The notes below the pieces were generated by a model that saw only the letters and a program-made list of their open reading frames with translations, was not told where the DNA came from and did not search any database. Below, one piece after another: positions 25,364 through 37,089 of a stretch of 64,000 nt of DNA; position 1 is the first letter of the stretch; every line of letters starts with the position of its first letter. The DNA is taken from positions 29,326,001-29,390,000 of the forward strand of contig NC_043010.1 of assembly GCF_006345805.1 (NCBI RefSeq), written 5' to 3'. This DNA comes from Octopus sinensis (Eukaryota). The translations under genes were made by a program, and so were the position numbers.

Positions 25364-26793
25364 CACAATCAAGGAATGGCCATAATAGGCCATTCACCCA
25401 CTAGAAATAACAGCCAAAGCTTCAACCGCAAAATAATAACATCAATTCCGCAAACCAGGAGAAAATTAAAAAAACATTTACCCTGTAATTTCTTATACGA
25501 TGCACCGTTTCATCTATTGTTTAATGGTAAACTAACCTGATTAAATTAATCAAGTCAATCTTCCATAGGCCGATAGATTCGTCAGTAAGAAACAGCCAAG
25601 ATCTGAGCAGATATTATCACGAGGCACCTCTGTCCCTGCCTCGGCAATATCTGACCTAAAATTTTCAAATCATCGCACTCGCGCCAAATTTATCGGCAGC
25701 AAATATAAGCCGCCGATTCCATTACGGAATTAACCAGAAAATTCATAATTAATCATATAGGGTGGCAAAAAAATTTCGTAGAATTTATTTGCCACCAGCG
25801 GCCTAGTGGGAAAAAAATTAAATAGTCATAGACCATTTATAAGTTCAACATCACAATCAAGGAATGGCCATAATAGGCCATTCACCCACTAGAAATAACA
25901 GCCAAAGCTTCAACCGCAAAATAATAACATCAATTCCGCAAACCAGGAGAAAATTAAAAAAACATTTACCCTGTAATTTCTTATACGATGCACCGTTTCA
26001 TCTATTGTTTAATGGTAAACTAACCTGATTAAATTAAATCAAGTCAATCTTCCATAGGCCGATAGATTCGTCAGTAAGAAACAGCCAAGATCTGAGCAGA
26101 TATTATCACGAGGCACCTCTGTCCCTGCCTCGGCAATATCTGACCTAAAATTTTCAAATCATCGCACTCGCGCCAAATTTATCGGCAGCAAATATAAGCC
26201 GCCGATTCCATTACGGAATTAACCAGAAAATTCATAATTAATCAATATAGGGTGGCAAAAAAATTTCGTAGAATTTATTTGCCACCAGCGGCCTAGTGGG
26301 AAAAAAATTAAATAGTCATAGACCATTTATAAGTTCAACATCACAATCAAGGAATGGCCATAATAGGCCATTCACCCACTAGAAATAACAGCCAAAGCTT
26401 CAACCGCAAAATAATAACATCAATTCCGCAAACCAGGAGAAAATTAAAAAAACATTTACCCTGTAATTTCTTATACGATGCACCGTTTCATCTATTGTTT
26501 AATGGTAAACTAACCTGATTAAATTAAATCAAGTCAATCTTCCATAGGCCGATAGATTCGTCAGTAAGAAACAGCCAAGATCCGAGCAGATATTATCACG
26601 AGGCACCTCTGTCCCTGCCTCGGCAATATCTGACCTAAAATTTTCAAATCATCGCACTCGCGCCAAATTTATCGGCAGCAAATATAAGCGGTTGAAGCTT
26701 TGGCTGTTATTTCTAGTGGGTGAATGGCCTATTATGGCCATTCCTTGATTGTGATGTTGAACTTATAAATGGTCTATGACTATTTAATTTTTT
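25363..26793 (-). mobile_element. Retrozyme-like tandem array, family B: about 2.7 direct units (period 488-490) plus a short inverted segment
   Basis: Units start at 25363, 25851 and 26341. Inversion junction at about 26688. Homologous to family A, with no ORF and (TA)n flanks. Lies in the intron between exons I and J. Confidence 0.8.
25489..25592 (-). ncRNA. Type I hammerhead ribozyme, family B copy 1 (copies at 25977-26081 and 26467-26571)
   Basis: UUUCUUA-CUGACGA-AUCUAU...AUAGAU-GAAA-C GGUGCAUC-GUA|UAAGAAA. Stem I is a perfect 7 bp and the stem II base a perfect 6 bp. Confidence 0.88.
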
Positions 26794-27500
26794 CCTATAT
26801 ATATATATATATATATATATATTGATGGCTGGAGCGAGCCCTGGCTATGTCTCTGGCGACCAAGTACTCGCATTGAAGATGAGCCAAGCTGAGTCAGTCT
26901 CGTGATCCTGTTGTCTGCTAGAGGATGGTAGGGATTCGCTCCCCCTGCTAGCAATATATATATGAATGTACAGGGTGAAGCGCCGCACTGATAATCAGCT
27001 GGCGGAAGGTCTGCCCGGGGTTAAATTAGCAGTAGCGTGAAACAGCCACTTTGATGTGGCGATTAACCATTTACAGAGGCTCTGAAAAAAAAAAAAGATA
27101 TAGCGTGGCTTTTCCTCCTTTGACGAAGATATGAAATTAAAATTAATAAAATTTAAGGCTGGTATAATAATTGCTTCTAATTTAGGCACGAAGCTGATTT
27201 TGAAAACAGTAGGGGGCTAATCAATACAAGCGACCTTAGTACCTCACCGTTTATTTATTGTTGTTGAACGATGAACGGCAAAGTTGATCACGGTGGGATT
27301 TGAATAAATAACGTAAAGAACTGCAACATATACCCAGAACATTTTCCCATCGTTCAAACGATTCTGCCAGTTCTGCGCCTTCACACATGTGTCATAATGA
27401 ATCACTTTACAGGGGAATATAAAAGAAAAATTGAAAGTATACCTATGATGGCGCAATAAGGGAGTAATATTTCACAAGGAAATTTAAACTATATACTTAC

Positions 27501-27594
27501 AAAAAATTGCCCATTCACAGACACCATCTTCGTTGTGGACGGTTTTTAATGTGTAGAATTCGATCGTGCCATAATGTATGAATGTAAGATTCAC
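27501..27594 (-). CDS. Exon I, last PLAT-like unit C-terminal part
   Basis: Acceptor atttattattctccAG, donor T|GTAAGT, 94 nt, phase 0->1. Encodes VNLTFIHYGTIEFYTLKTVHNEDGVCEWAIF. Confidence 0.8.
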
Positions 27595-27849
27595 CTGGAG
27601 AATAATAAATCATACCAAAGTTAGCTGGGTGTGTGTATGTATGTATGTATGTATGTATGTATGTATGTATGTATGTATGTATGTATGTATGTATGTATTG
27701 TCCCATTCGATCTATAAGTGAGTTTGATTCCGTTACCCTTGATTGTCAGGCTGTTGGTTCATCCGGTATTGTGGAGAGGAAGATGTCTAGTTTCTTTTTG
27801 AAAACATTTATTTCCACCTTATGTAAATTTCATAATTTCTATAGCAGGG

Positions 27850-28385
27850 CATTGAAGAACTGTGGGACTTTGAACCCTAGACTATTGCAGTATCGGATTC
27901 TAGATTTGGATGGAGTGGATGGTACGATACAAGGGTGGCTGGTTCTGGCATTTGTATAACATTCAATACTTAAATTAGGTACTAGCCCTTCTAGAGTTTT
28001 CCATATGTAGATTTTTGCATATTCTTTCGCCTTCGATCCATAGAGTAAAGTTGCAGTTTTCTCAGCCTATCCCTGTAGCTCATCCGATGCACTGTTTCAA
28101 TATTTTTAGTGTAGTAGCATTGGACTGCTTCAAGCTCTGCTGTTAGTTTGGTACTATGTGGTGACCGTAACTGAGAGCAGTAGTCCAGGCGCCTGAGAAT
28201 AAAGGCTCTCCACAGGGTTATCATAGTTTCTTGGTCTCTTGTTTTGAAGGACCTCAGTATCCATCCTGCCAGTTGTCTGCACTTTGCTGCCATCTTGGTA
28301 ATGTACATATAAAATGATGCATCATTGTACATACTGATCTAAAAGTCATTCACTGCTAGTGACTCTGGGATTGCAGTGCTTTCAC
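27850..28385 (-). mobile_element. CR1/L2-group LINE RT C-terminal fragment
   Basis: GWILRSFKTRD...LDYCSQL.SPH...LEAVQ...SYRDRL..L.LYS..RRR. Confidence 0.75.
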
Positions 28386-29770
28386 AATGATTAGTGATGA
28401 AGGCGTCAAGCAAATTAAGACCATTCCTTTGCCTACCCACACAATTTCTCGTAAAATTCAAGACATTTCACAAGACGTTGATGATGAACTCCGCGAACAT
28501 TTCACTAAAGTAAAAAACGAACTCGAAAACTTGTGGGCCTTACAAATCGGTGAAAGTACAGACATCAGCAATAAAACAACTAATTTCATTTCTGCGAATC
28601 ATTAGAGGTGGTAAAATCATAAGTCAGTTTTTCTTTTGTTGTGAATTGAAGGGAAGAACGACAGAAGATGTCTTTAACTTGTAAATCAAAATGTTGTATT
28701 GAGAAGGATGCAGTGGCAAATTTGTATTGGTGTTTGCACCGATGGCGCTCCATCCATGCAGAGTCGAATAAAAGGCTTTGTAGCTCATATATTACAAAAA
28801 AATTTACAAGTTAAAATTGTACATTGCATGGTTCACTGCTAAGTTTTGGTGTCAAAATCTCTACCTGATGGTCTCCTGAAGACGATGGACAACGTTGTTA
28901 AAGTGGTAAATTACACAAAATCGCATTCCTACAGTGCAGACTTTTTGCATCCCTATGTAAAACTATGGATTCTGATTTTAAGTGTTCGCTGCTTCATATA
29001 GAAGTACAATGACTCTCGAAAGGAAAAGTGCTCTCTCAATTCATCTCTTTGCAAACTAAAATGATATGTTTCTTCGATGCTGAAAATTCTGGATTTGAAT
29101 TTCTTAACGATGATAATTTGTGGTTGCAAGTAGCTTTTCTCAAATATCTTTTTGAGAAAGTGAACGTTTTTTGAGTCTGCAAGGAGCCAACTAAAATATT
29201 ATTACAATAACAGGAAAATTAAAATCTTTCACCGACAAATTAGAACTGTGGATAAGGAAAATTAAACTCGCAACTTGATTGCTTCCGAGGCGTAAAGGCT
29301 TTTCCGAACAACTTAAACATTTTGTCAGAAGTGGAGAAGACAGCAGAAAACCTCTTTGTATAATTTTCTCAGTATTTTCCATTACTTGATAATCAAATGT
29401 ACGAGTGGGTCAACAATCCTTTCGCAAGATACGACAGTATACATCTGTCATTAACATTAACAGAAGAAAATTTAATAGAATTGAGAAATGATCCTGTGAA
29501 CAAAGCCTCATTTTCTGTGCTAGAATTGTCAGAATTTTAGATTTCACTTTGGAGCCAATATCCTCGATTAGCTACTACAACCGTTAAATTTCTGTTGCCA
29601 TCTGGATCATCGTATCTTTGCGAATTAAGTATCTCTGCGCTTATGGAAACGAAGTAAAAAAAAAACCGACAAAAACGGGAACTATTATAGATGGTAGGCG
29701 AGGAGTTACGTATTTGCTGATCTAATTTAGAGCCGCGTTTTGACAAAATTCTTTCTCAAAATCGATTTGC
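28386..29770 (+). mobile_element. Decayed hAT (Charlie/Buster-like) transposase
   Basis: KTIPL...TISRKIQDIS, ALQI.ESTDISN, GVCTDGAPSM and VHCMVH motifs with stops. Confidence 0.8.
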
Positions 29771-29804
29771 CCCTTTCTCACTAAAACACATATTAATGTA
29801 TTAT

Positions 29805-29880
29805 ATTACCTTTCTCTCTCTCTCTCTCTCCCTCTCTCTCCCTCCCTCTCTCTCTATATATATATATAATATATATATGC

Positions 29881-29917
<37 letters not shown>

Positions 29918-29940
29918 TACAAACATATATATATATAATA

Positions 29941-29991
<51 letters not shown>

Positions 29992-29996
29992 ATTAT

Positions 29997-30038
<42 letters not shown>

Positions 30039-30050
30039 TATATAATATAT

Positions 30051-30083
<33 letters not shown>

Positions 30084-30101
30084 TATATATATATACATAT
30101 A

Positions 30102-30158
<57 letters not shown>
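29805..30158. repeat. Long compound (CT)n/(TA)n microsatellite. Similar tracts at 2484-2563, 13610-13800, 19672-19830, 22560-22735, 31375-31700, 33790-34050, 49340-49420 and 59120-59250
   Basis: Direct inspection. These tracts explain most of the low-complexity ORFs in the track. Confidence 0.95.
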
Positions 30159-30161
<3 letters not shown>

Positions 30162-30397
30162 TAATCCAAACATGAAAACACAAAGAGAAAACACAACAAC
30201 GCGAGGACATGGAACAAATATACTATTATTGGACGCTCAGGAAGGAAGGGAAGAAGGAGGGTTTAACGTTTCGAGCGGAGCTCTTTGTCGGAAACATAGG
30301 AGAAGGAAAGATCCAGAGAAGGGAAGATAGAGGAAAAAAAATCGCCAACGGTACACACGCGGTCACATTTTGAATGCTTCCGAACAAATTAAAATTC

Positions 30398-30434
<37 letters not shown>

Positions 30435-30614
30435 TATATGTTCAGAAAACAATGTCATTTTATTGTTACTATAATAAGAATATATTTGTTTTTATTCATA
30501 CTAATAAAGTATATTTAATTTTGTTAGGATTTTTATGTGGTGTGCCGCAAAATAAATTCTCCTCACCCTGTGTGTCGTAAGGTAAAAATGTTTGGCAGAC
30601 ACTGTTTTGGAAGG

Positions 30615-30900
30615 CGCAATGACCCAGCGGTTAGGGCAGTGGACTCGCGGTTTCGATTCCCAGACCGGGCGTTGTGTGTGTTTATTGAGCGAAAACACCT
30701 AAAGCTCCACGAGGCTCCGGCAGGAGGTGGTGGCGACCCCTGTTGTACTCTTTCGCCCCAACTTTCATTCTTTCTTCCTGTTTCTTGAGTAACGCTGCGA
30801 TGGACTGGCGTCCCGTCCAGCTGGGGCGAATACATACACCTCAGAAATCGGGAAACCGGGCCCATGAGCCTGGCTAGGCTTGAAAAGGGCGCATAAAAAA
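30615..30900 (+). mobile_element. tRNA-derived SINE with V-SINE-like core (3' fragment also at about 34650-34715 minus)
   Basis: tRNA-like head. Central ctgcgatggactggcgtcccgtccag resembles the V domain. A-rich end. Confidence 0.6.
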
Positions 30901-31374
30901 AGGACACTGTTTTATACAAACAGCTTCTTTCCTCGAACTGCCACTCTCTGGGACTCATTACCATCGTCTATGATATTCAGTTCTTTAAGATTTCTATCAC
31001 TTAACATCTTTTGAATTCGTAGGCCCCTTCTTTCCGTTCTTTTTAGTCCCTTATGCTACAGTGACCTTAATCTTATATGGGACAATATTAAAAAAAATTC
31101 AAAGTTCTTAATTGTTCAGTGAAAAAAATTATATTTAATTTTTTATTATTTCCTTTTCACTGGAAAATATGTTCCCGTAAACGAAACATCTTAGATTGTA
31201 AAATATCTATCTCCAAAATGGGAATATCCTTTTGTCACCGTAATAAATATCACGTGATGTTATATTAGGGTAATCGCCATAATTTTAATTTCGTGGTGAA
31301 TGAATTCTACTTTTTCAAATCAATCTATTTAATTAAAATATAATTAAAACACATTTCTCATATGCAATTTTGCA

Positions 31375-31431
<57 letters not shown>

Positions 31432-31607
31432 TGCATGTGTGTGTGTGTATGTGTCAAAGACTTTATTATTCTTTCAGTATCGATTAATTAGAAATGTAAC
31501 ATTTGTTGTTACACACAGTAGCAAAGGTATGTCGCTAGCATTACCTGTATCCAAGGGAGATAAATCTAATAAGATCAGTAATCTCGCTTTGAGGAGGACA
31601 AACAAAC

Positions 31608-31687
<80 letters not shown>

Positions 31688-31830
31688 CAGGCAGAGACAG
31701 AGAGATGGTAACAAACTGCCAATCATATAAATAAGTTCTTATTTCCAACTGATCACGCAGTTTAACAATAAGAATTTCTCCCTAGTGATATAGAAAGGCA
31801 GAGTAGAAAGGAAAAAGTACCTCCACTTAC

Positions 31831-32027
31831 TTTTGCTTCTGCACACCTGGTTTCACATTTAACCAGCATTCTTTGTAGATTTTTAATTCCGTCATCATTC
31901 GGGCAAAATACTTCTTTAACGACTGAGGTGGGCTGTAGGGAAGAGTATGTCAGCATCTGCGTTAAGGAGCCACTCTTCCTGATCAGGTTCACATGTCTTA
32001 TCCCTTCGCCAGATATTGACATCAGAA
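31831..32027 (-). CDS. Exon H, divergent PLAT-like unit N-terminal part
   Basis: Acceptor ttttgctttattttccgatctAG, donor AAA|GTAAGT, 197 nt, phase 1->0. Encodes LMSISGEGIRHVNLIRKSGSLTQMLTYSSLQPTSVVKEVFCPNDDGIKNLQRMLVKCETRCAEAK. Confidence 0.75.
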
Positions 32028-33834
32028 CTAGATCGGAAAATAAAGCAAAATCACAAAAGTAATCTTTGTCGGAAGTAAAACGTCAGAAAAAATACCACAA
32101 AAGTATTTTTCGGCTCTCTACGAATCTCTTTATCCGTCACCCAACCACAACACAAAAGTGGTTTCAAATTTTGGCACAATGTCAGAAATTTTAGGGGAGT
32201 GGTTAAGTCGATTACATCAACCCCAGTGCTCAGCTTGTGCTTATTTTATCGACCACCGAAAGGATAAAAGGGAAACTAAAAACCGGCAGTATTTGAACTG
32301 AGAACGTAAAACCGGAAGGAATATCGCTAAGCATTTTGTCTGACGCACTAACTATTCTATCAGCTTACTGCAGTATTCTTTCTAATTTTGGCACAAAATG
32401 ATTCTACCTCCCCACTGGCTTGATTCCCAAAACAATAATGCATAGCCACATACAATTTCGTTCGACTATATGCAACCATACACGGCAATGTGCCACCGTG
32501 AATGTTTTTATGGTTTCGACATCTGGGTAGTACCATTCAATCTGGTGGTGTCAACAGAGTTAAAAGCATAAACGCTGCTTGAGAACTAAATATTAGCGTA
32601 ATATGTCCATTATGTCTACTTTATTATCTTTGTTAAGTTTTTTTTTCTCTTTGATGAATTAAATTTCATGAGAGGTTAAGCAAATCGCAATACCGCCTTC
32701 GAAAGTTATTCCAATGATAATCGATCAGACGCCTCAAAGTGGATTGAAAAACTTTTGTTTTAAACAAGATATCGTTTAAACAAAATTCCTATAAACAGAG
32801 ATTACACTGTGTAACACGGTTTTGGTCCTAGGGTAGCAACTGTTATTTCCTATTTGCTTACTCCTAAAAAGTATGAAAAATAGCTAATATTCCTTCAAAC
32901 TTTGCTTTTGTTACGATATCTATTCAAGCTCCAAAGAATCCCTCTCAACACATAGCCATGATACTCCCCATTACTCCTGCTCATGATCAAAGATACACAT
33001 GTTGTCAGCCACTAAGGGATATGCTCAAGTGTTTAAGGTGAAGCAACTGACAATCAAATCTCTAGGTACTGAGCAGAATATTTGCTCTAACAATATTTCT
33101 GTTTCAGCAACTCAGCGCTGAATCTGTCCGAAATGTATTGGAAAATAGGTGAGTTTCAAAACATTAATGTCCAGGGCTCAAAAGCAAAGACTGAAGGGAA
33201 AGTAGTCATTTCCTTTGATTCCTAGATAAAAACAAATAGGAAATAACATTTATTGAGCAAAGGCAAAGAATGATAAATAAATAAAAATTTTGCTACACCG
33301 TATCATTTTTCCAGATGGTTCTTCTAACTATACACAGATGACAATAACTCCATACTTTAGGTGACATGCTGTGCATATATAATTGTTTCAAAGTATTTCA
33401 CAAGAGTAGCAATTTTGAGAGGTGAGTGTAAGTCGAAAGCATCGACGTCAATTTTCAGTTGGTATCTATTTTATCGACCCCAAAAGGTTGAATCTGACTT
33501 TGGCGGTTTTTGACACCAGAATGCAAAGAGTCAAGAGAAATACAGCTTAGCCTTTTGTCCGACGCACTAATGAATCTGCTTACTCGCTGCCTTATAGTGC
33601 AGATATAAAATTGCGAATATAAAAATTAAACAACAACAAAAAAAGTTTAAGATGCATTTAGTTAGCCTAATTATTAATATTTCTCGTGGAATCCCAGGAC
33701 TCCAGGAAATTGTAGTTGGCGAAACGTTGCTGTACTGAAGAGTACTCTCTTATTGTTTTATCGATTTCACTAGACTTGCGGCCATACATACATACATACA
33801 TACATACCACAGAATCCGAATCAAGCTGCTTTCG

Positions 33835-33884
<50 letters not shown>

Positions 33885-33891
33885 ATATATC

Positions 33892-33934
<43 letters not shown>

Positions 33935-35763
33935 TCGCCCGTACATACACACATGTACACATACACACACACACACAACAATACACCACACACACACACA
34001 CACACACACACCACACACACACACACACAAAACCACACCACACCACGCACATAATAATTACTTGCGAAGTGTATCTGTAGCCCGAAAGCTGTCAGGTTGC
34101 AGAGTTTATTTCTTGAGCATTCCGTAATAAGTTTTTCTTTGTCCAAGTTTGAATCTGTTGAGTAGAAACAAGAAAAGAATTGTAAAATGGGTTTACAGTC
34201 GGTTCAAATTTTTCACAGATCTTCGCAAAGGAAGAAAAAGTTTAACATCTTTAAAATTAATTAACACTAAAGCGGCGAGCTGGCAGAATCGTTACTGCGC
34301 CGAGCAGAATGCTTTGCAGCCTTCCGTCCTCCTTCACGTTCTGAGTTCAAATACCGCCGTAGTTTTCTTTCCGTTTCATTCTTTCGGACTCGATGAAATA
34401 AGTACCATTTCAACAGTGGGAACAATGTAATCGGCTTATCATCGCCCTCGAAATTTCTGGCATTGTGCCAAAATCTGGAACCAGTCTTAATTGACACCAT
34501 ATAAATAGTACATATTTTATCATCAACGTTGGGGATGGTGAAAAGCAAAGATGTTAACGGATTTGGATTTAAGATAAAAGGATATAAAACTAAATACAAT
34601 AAATAATTTACTCTCTGGTTGATTAAAGATAGGAAGAACAACCTTTCTTTTTCTTTTTGCGCCCTTTTCAAGCCTAGCCAGGCTCATAGGCCCGGTTTCC
34701 CGGTTTCTGTGGCGAAAATAGAGTAATAGAATCTTTAACCAAAGAAAAACAAACGTTAAAACCGATAAGAAAAAATGGTATGCAACTGGAATACACAAAG
34801 CAGAGAAAAGATGAACTGGAATAAAATAAAATGAAATAAATCTTTAAGATATAGTTAGTAGAAAACAGGTAACACTGAACTCGAAGACAAACCTAAAGAA
34901 AATGTCTCAGAAACACGTAAAAGAGGAAACAAGTATTGCTGACCTCTAAAATCGATAAAAAAAGCTTTTACAATATGTAAAATAGATAATATCAAACAAA
35001 TATCACATTTGCTTTAACCGATTAATGAGAGGAGGATGAACCTAAAATTGAAATTGGAGTAGAAATCGGTTATCAATTAGAATTTCGATTCTATTTTAAT
35101 ATTTCAAATCTTCAGTATGCCATCAAGGCCGACTGTGCATTTCATCCTTTCGGGTTCGATAAGATAAGAACCAGTTGAGCATTGGGGTTCCGTGTAATTG
35201 ACATGCCTGTCCCCTCAAAATTGCTGACCTTATCCCAGAATTACAAGGAAAATTTTCAATCTTTAGTATCAGTCAGGTGAAATTCTTTCAAACTAAATTT
35301 CTTGAATAAAATACCAGCCATGTACTGGGGTCAATTCACTAGGTAGTGAAGTGGCAGATTTGTTAGAATAGTTCAAATCCAAGTGAGGTTAACTCTGCCT
35401 TTTATCCGTTTTATGTCGATTAAAAAATAGCAGTCCAAAGTAATGAATTAACAAAAACGATATAAATGTCGAACTAAATACCTTGTGGTATTTGTTCCAG
35501 CCTTTCTTGGTTCTTAGGTGAAATTCCGCCGTGCCTTATTCGGGTGGTACAATTAATGAGCCTTGAATGCCTTTCGCAGAATCTATGATATTGCAAGAAT
35601 TATATTGCAAGACCGGCCAAGTTTCCAGTCTTCCCCAGGTTCGTTTCCACCTGTCTCAGAGGTCCTGTAAAAGGGCGATGGCCACAATCTTACCTCCTCC
35701 CTAAAAGAATTAAAAACGTTATTTCACCCTACCGCAGCAAATTTGTGCCTTTGTGCTAAATAG

Positions 35764-35975
35764 TGGTTTCAAATTTTGGCACAAAGCCAGCAAGTTCGGG
35801 GAGGAAGTAAGTCGATTACATCGTCTCCAATGTTCAACTGGCACTTATTTCATCGACCCCGAAAGGATGAAAGGCAAAGTCGACCCCGGAGGAATTTGAA
35901 CTCAGAACGTAATGACGAACGAAATGCCGCTAAATATTTTGCCTGGTGTGCTAACGATTCTGCCATCTCGCCGCC
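35764..35975 (-). mobile_element. tRNA-derived SINE, minus-strand copy (further minus copies at about 18712-18893, 32158-32375 and 33410-33595; plus copy at 34270-34490)
   Basis: Same head and core as the copy at 17-250. Confidence 0.8.
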
Positions 35976-36615
35976 TTGCTTTATGCCAAATATTAATATT
36001 TGTTTGGCTTTTAGCTTTGAGGACATGATATTCAGGAATGGAATGACTGCCCAATAACAATGACAGGAGCTAATGAGGGTTCCTCGTTCTACAATTAATA
36101 CCTTAAAAAAAAAAACATATTAGATAATATAGTCCTAAATAACCCTCAGCAAAAAAAGAAAAGAATGTAAAAAAAGTGGAGGGACCAGAGCTAAAATATC
36201 TTTAATCATGATTCATCTCAACTGGGTTGTCTTGGGGCTAAACAACATCAACAGCGACAACAACAAGAAATGACCAAGTGAAATCGACAATTTCTTTCCC
36301 CCAATATTTTAATCCAGAGGGAAAGTAGTGCTCATGGACCCTTTACAGGGCTTCCAAACCGATAGGGAGAGAGAAAGAGAAAGATATTCATGAGCTGTGA
36401 CAGGTCATGGTAAGATTTGAACTCAGAACGTAGAGAGATGGAACAAATACTGCAGGATATCCGATCCGATGTTATTAATAAACTCCGATATTGAGCACCA
36501 AGGGATGAACTTTGACTACAGAGGATCCAAATAAATACTGTATGACATTTCTATTCATCTCTATAAACATTTCTACCAATTGGCCGCAGACCAGTAAAGA
36601 CTTAGTAAAACTTAC

Positions 36616-36700
36616 CACATCTATTGATATAAATGTAATGTTCGCTTACTGGTCCAATGATAAACATTCTGTAGTTCTGTCTTTTTCCTTCAACTGTAAT
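36616..36700 (-). CDS. Exon G, PLAT-like unit C-terminal part
   Basis: Acceptor tactttttctcaaacAG, donor G|GTAAGT, 85 nt, phase 0->1. Encodes ITVEGKRQNYRMFIIGPVSEHYIYINRC. Confidence 0.8.
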
Positions 36701-37089
36701 CTGTTTGAGAAAAAGTAATATTCACTAAATTACTCAAATAAACAAAGAAATAATTAAAATTTGGCAGTTTTGCGGCGGCTCAACACACACACACACACAC
36801 ACAACGAATATATTTGTATGCATGTATGTGTGTGCGCGCGCGTATCATTTAATGTACACAGTGTTAAAATAAGAGCTACTAATTGTTTTTTGTCATGGGG
36901 ACACCGTAAATAGGCTGATTTATATAACACGCCTTGTGTTTCCAAGCAATCTTCAGGCTCAGAACCACATGTTCAGTTCTATTTGAAAACCAGGACGTTG
37001 GTATATAATAAACCATGAAAACAAATCCATGCCATATGTAAATGGACCATAAAGATGTAACACATGCGTAGCAGAAAGATTGTATAAAC

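Noticed and set aside
16468-26793. Tandem arrays as CRISPR arrays or plain satellite DNA
   Set aside because: There are no unique spacers or cas genes and the context is eukaryotic. The embedded ribozymes, inversions and low copy number fit retrozyme/PLE products better.
26995-27083. Exon candidate after a strong ttttttttcAG acceptor (SLCKWLIATSK...)
   Set aside because: No suitable donor and not needed for frame continuity. It could at most be a rare alternative terminal exon.
29793-30210. Long YI/CV/RE/SL-repeat ORFs here and throughout the track
   Set aside because: Translations of (TA)n, (GT)n and (GA)n microsatellites.
31545-31586. Small exon candidate with donor CAG|GTAATG
   Set aside because: Phases are not required between exons H and I, and there is no similarity to the module.
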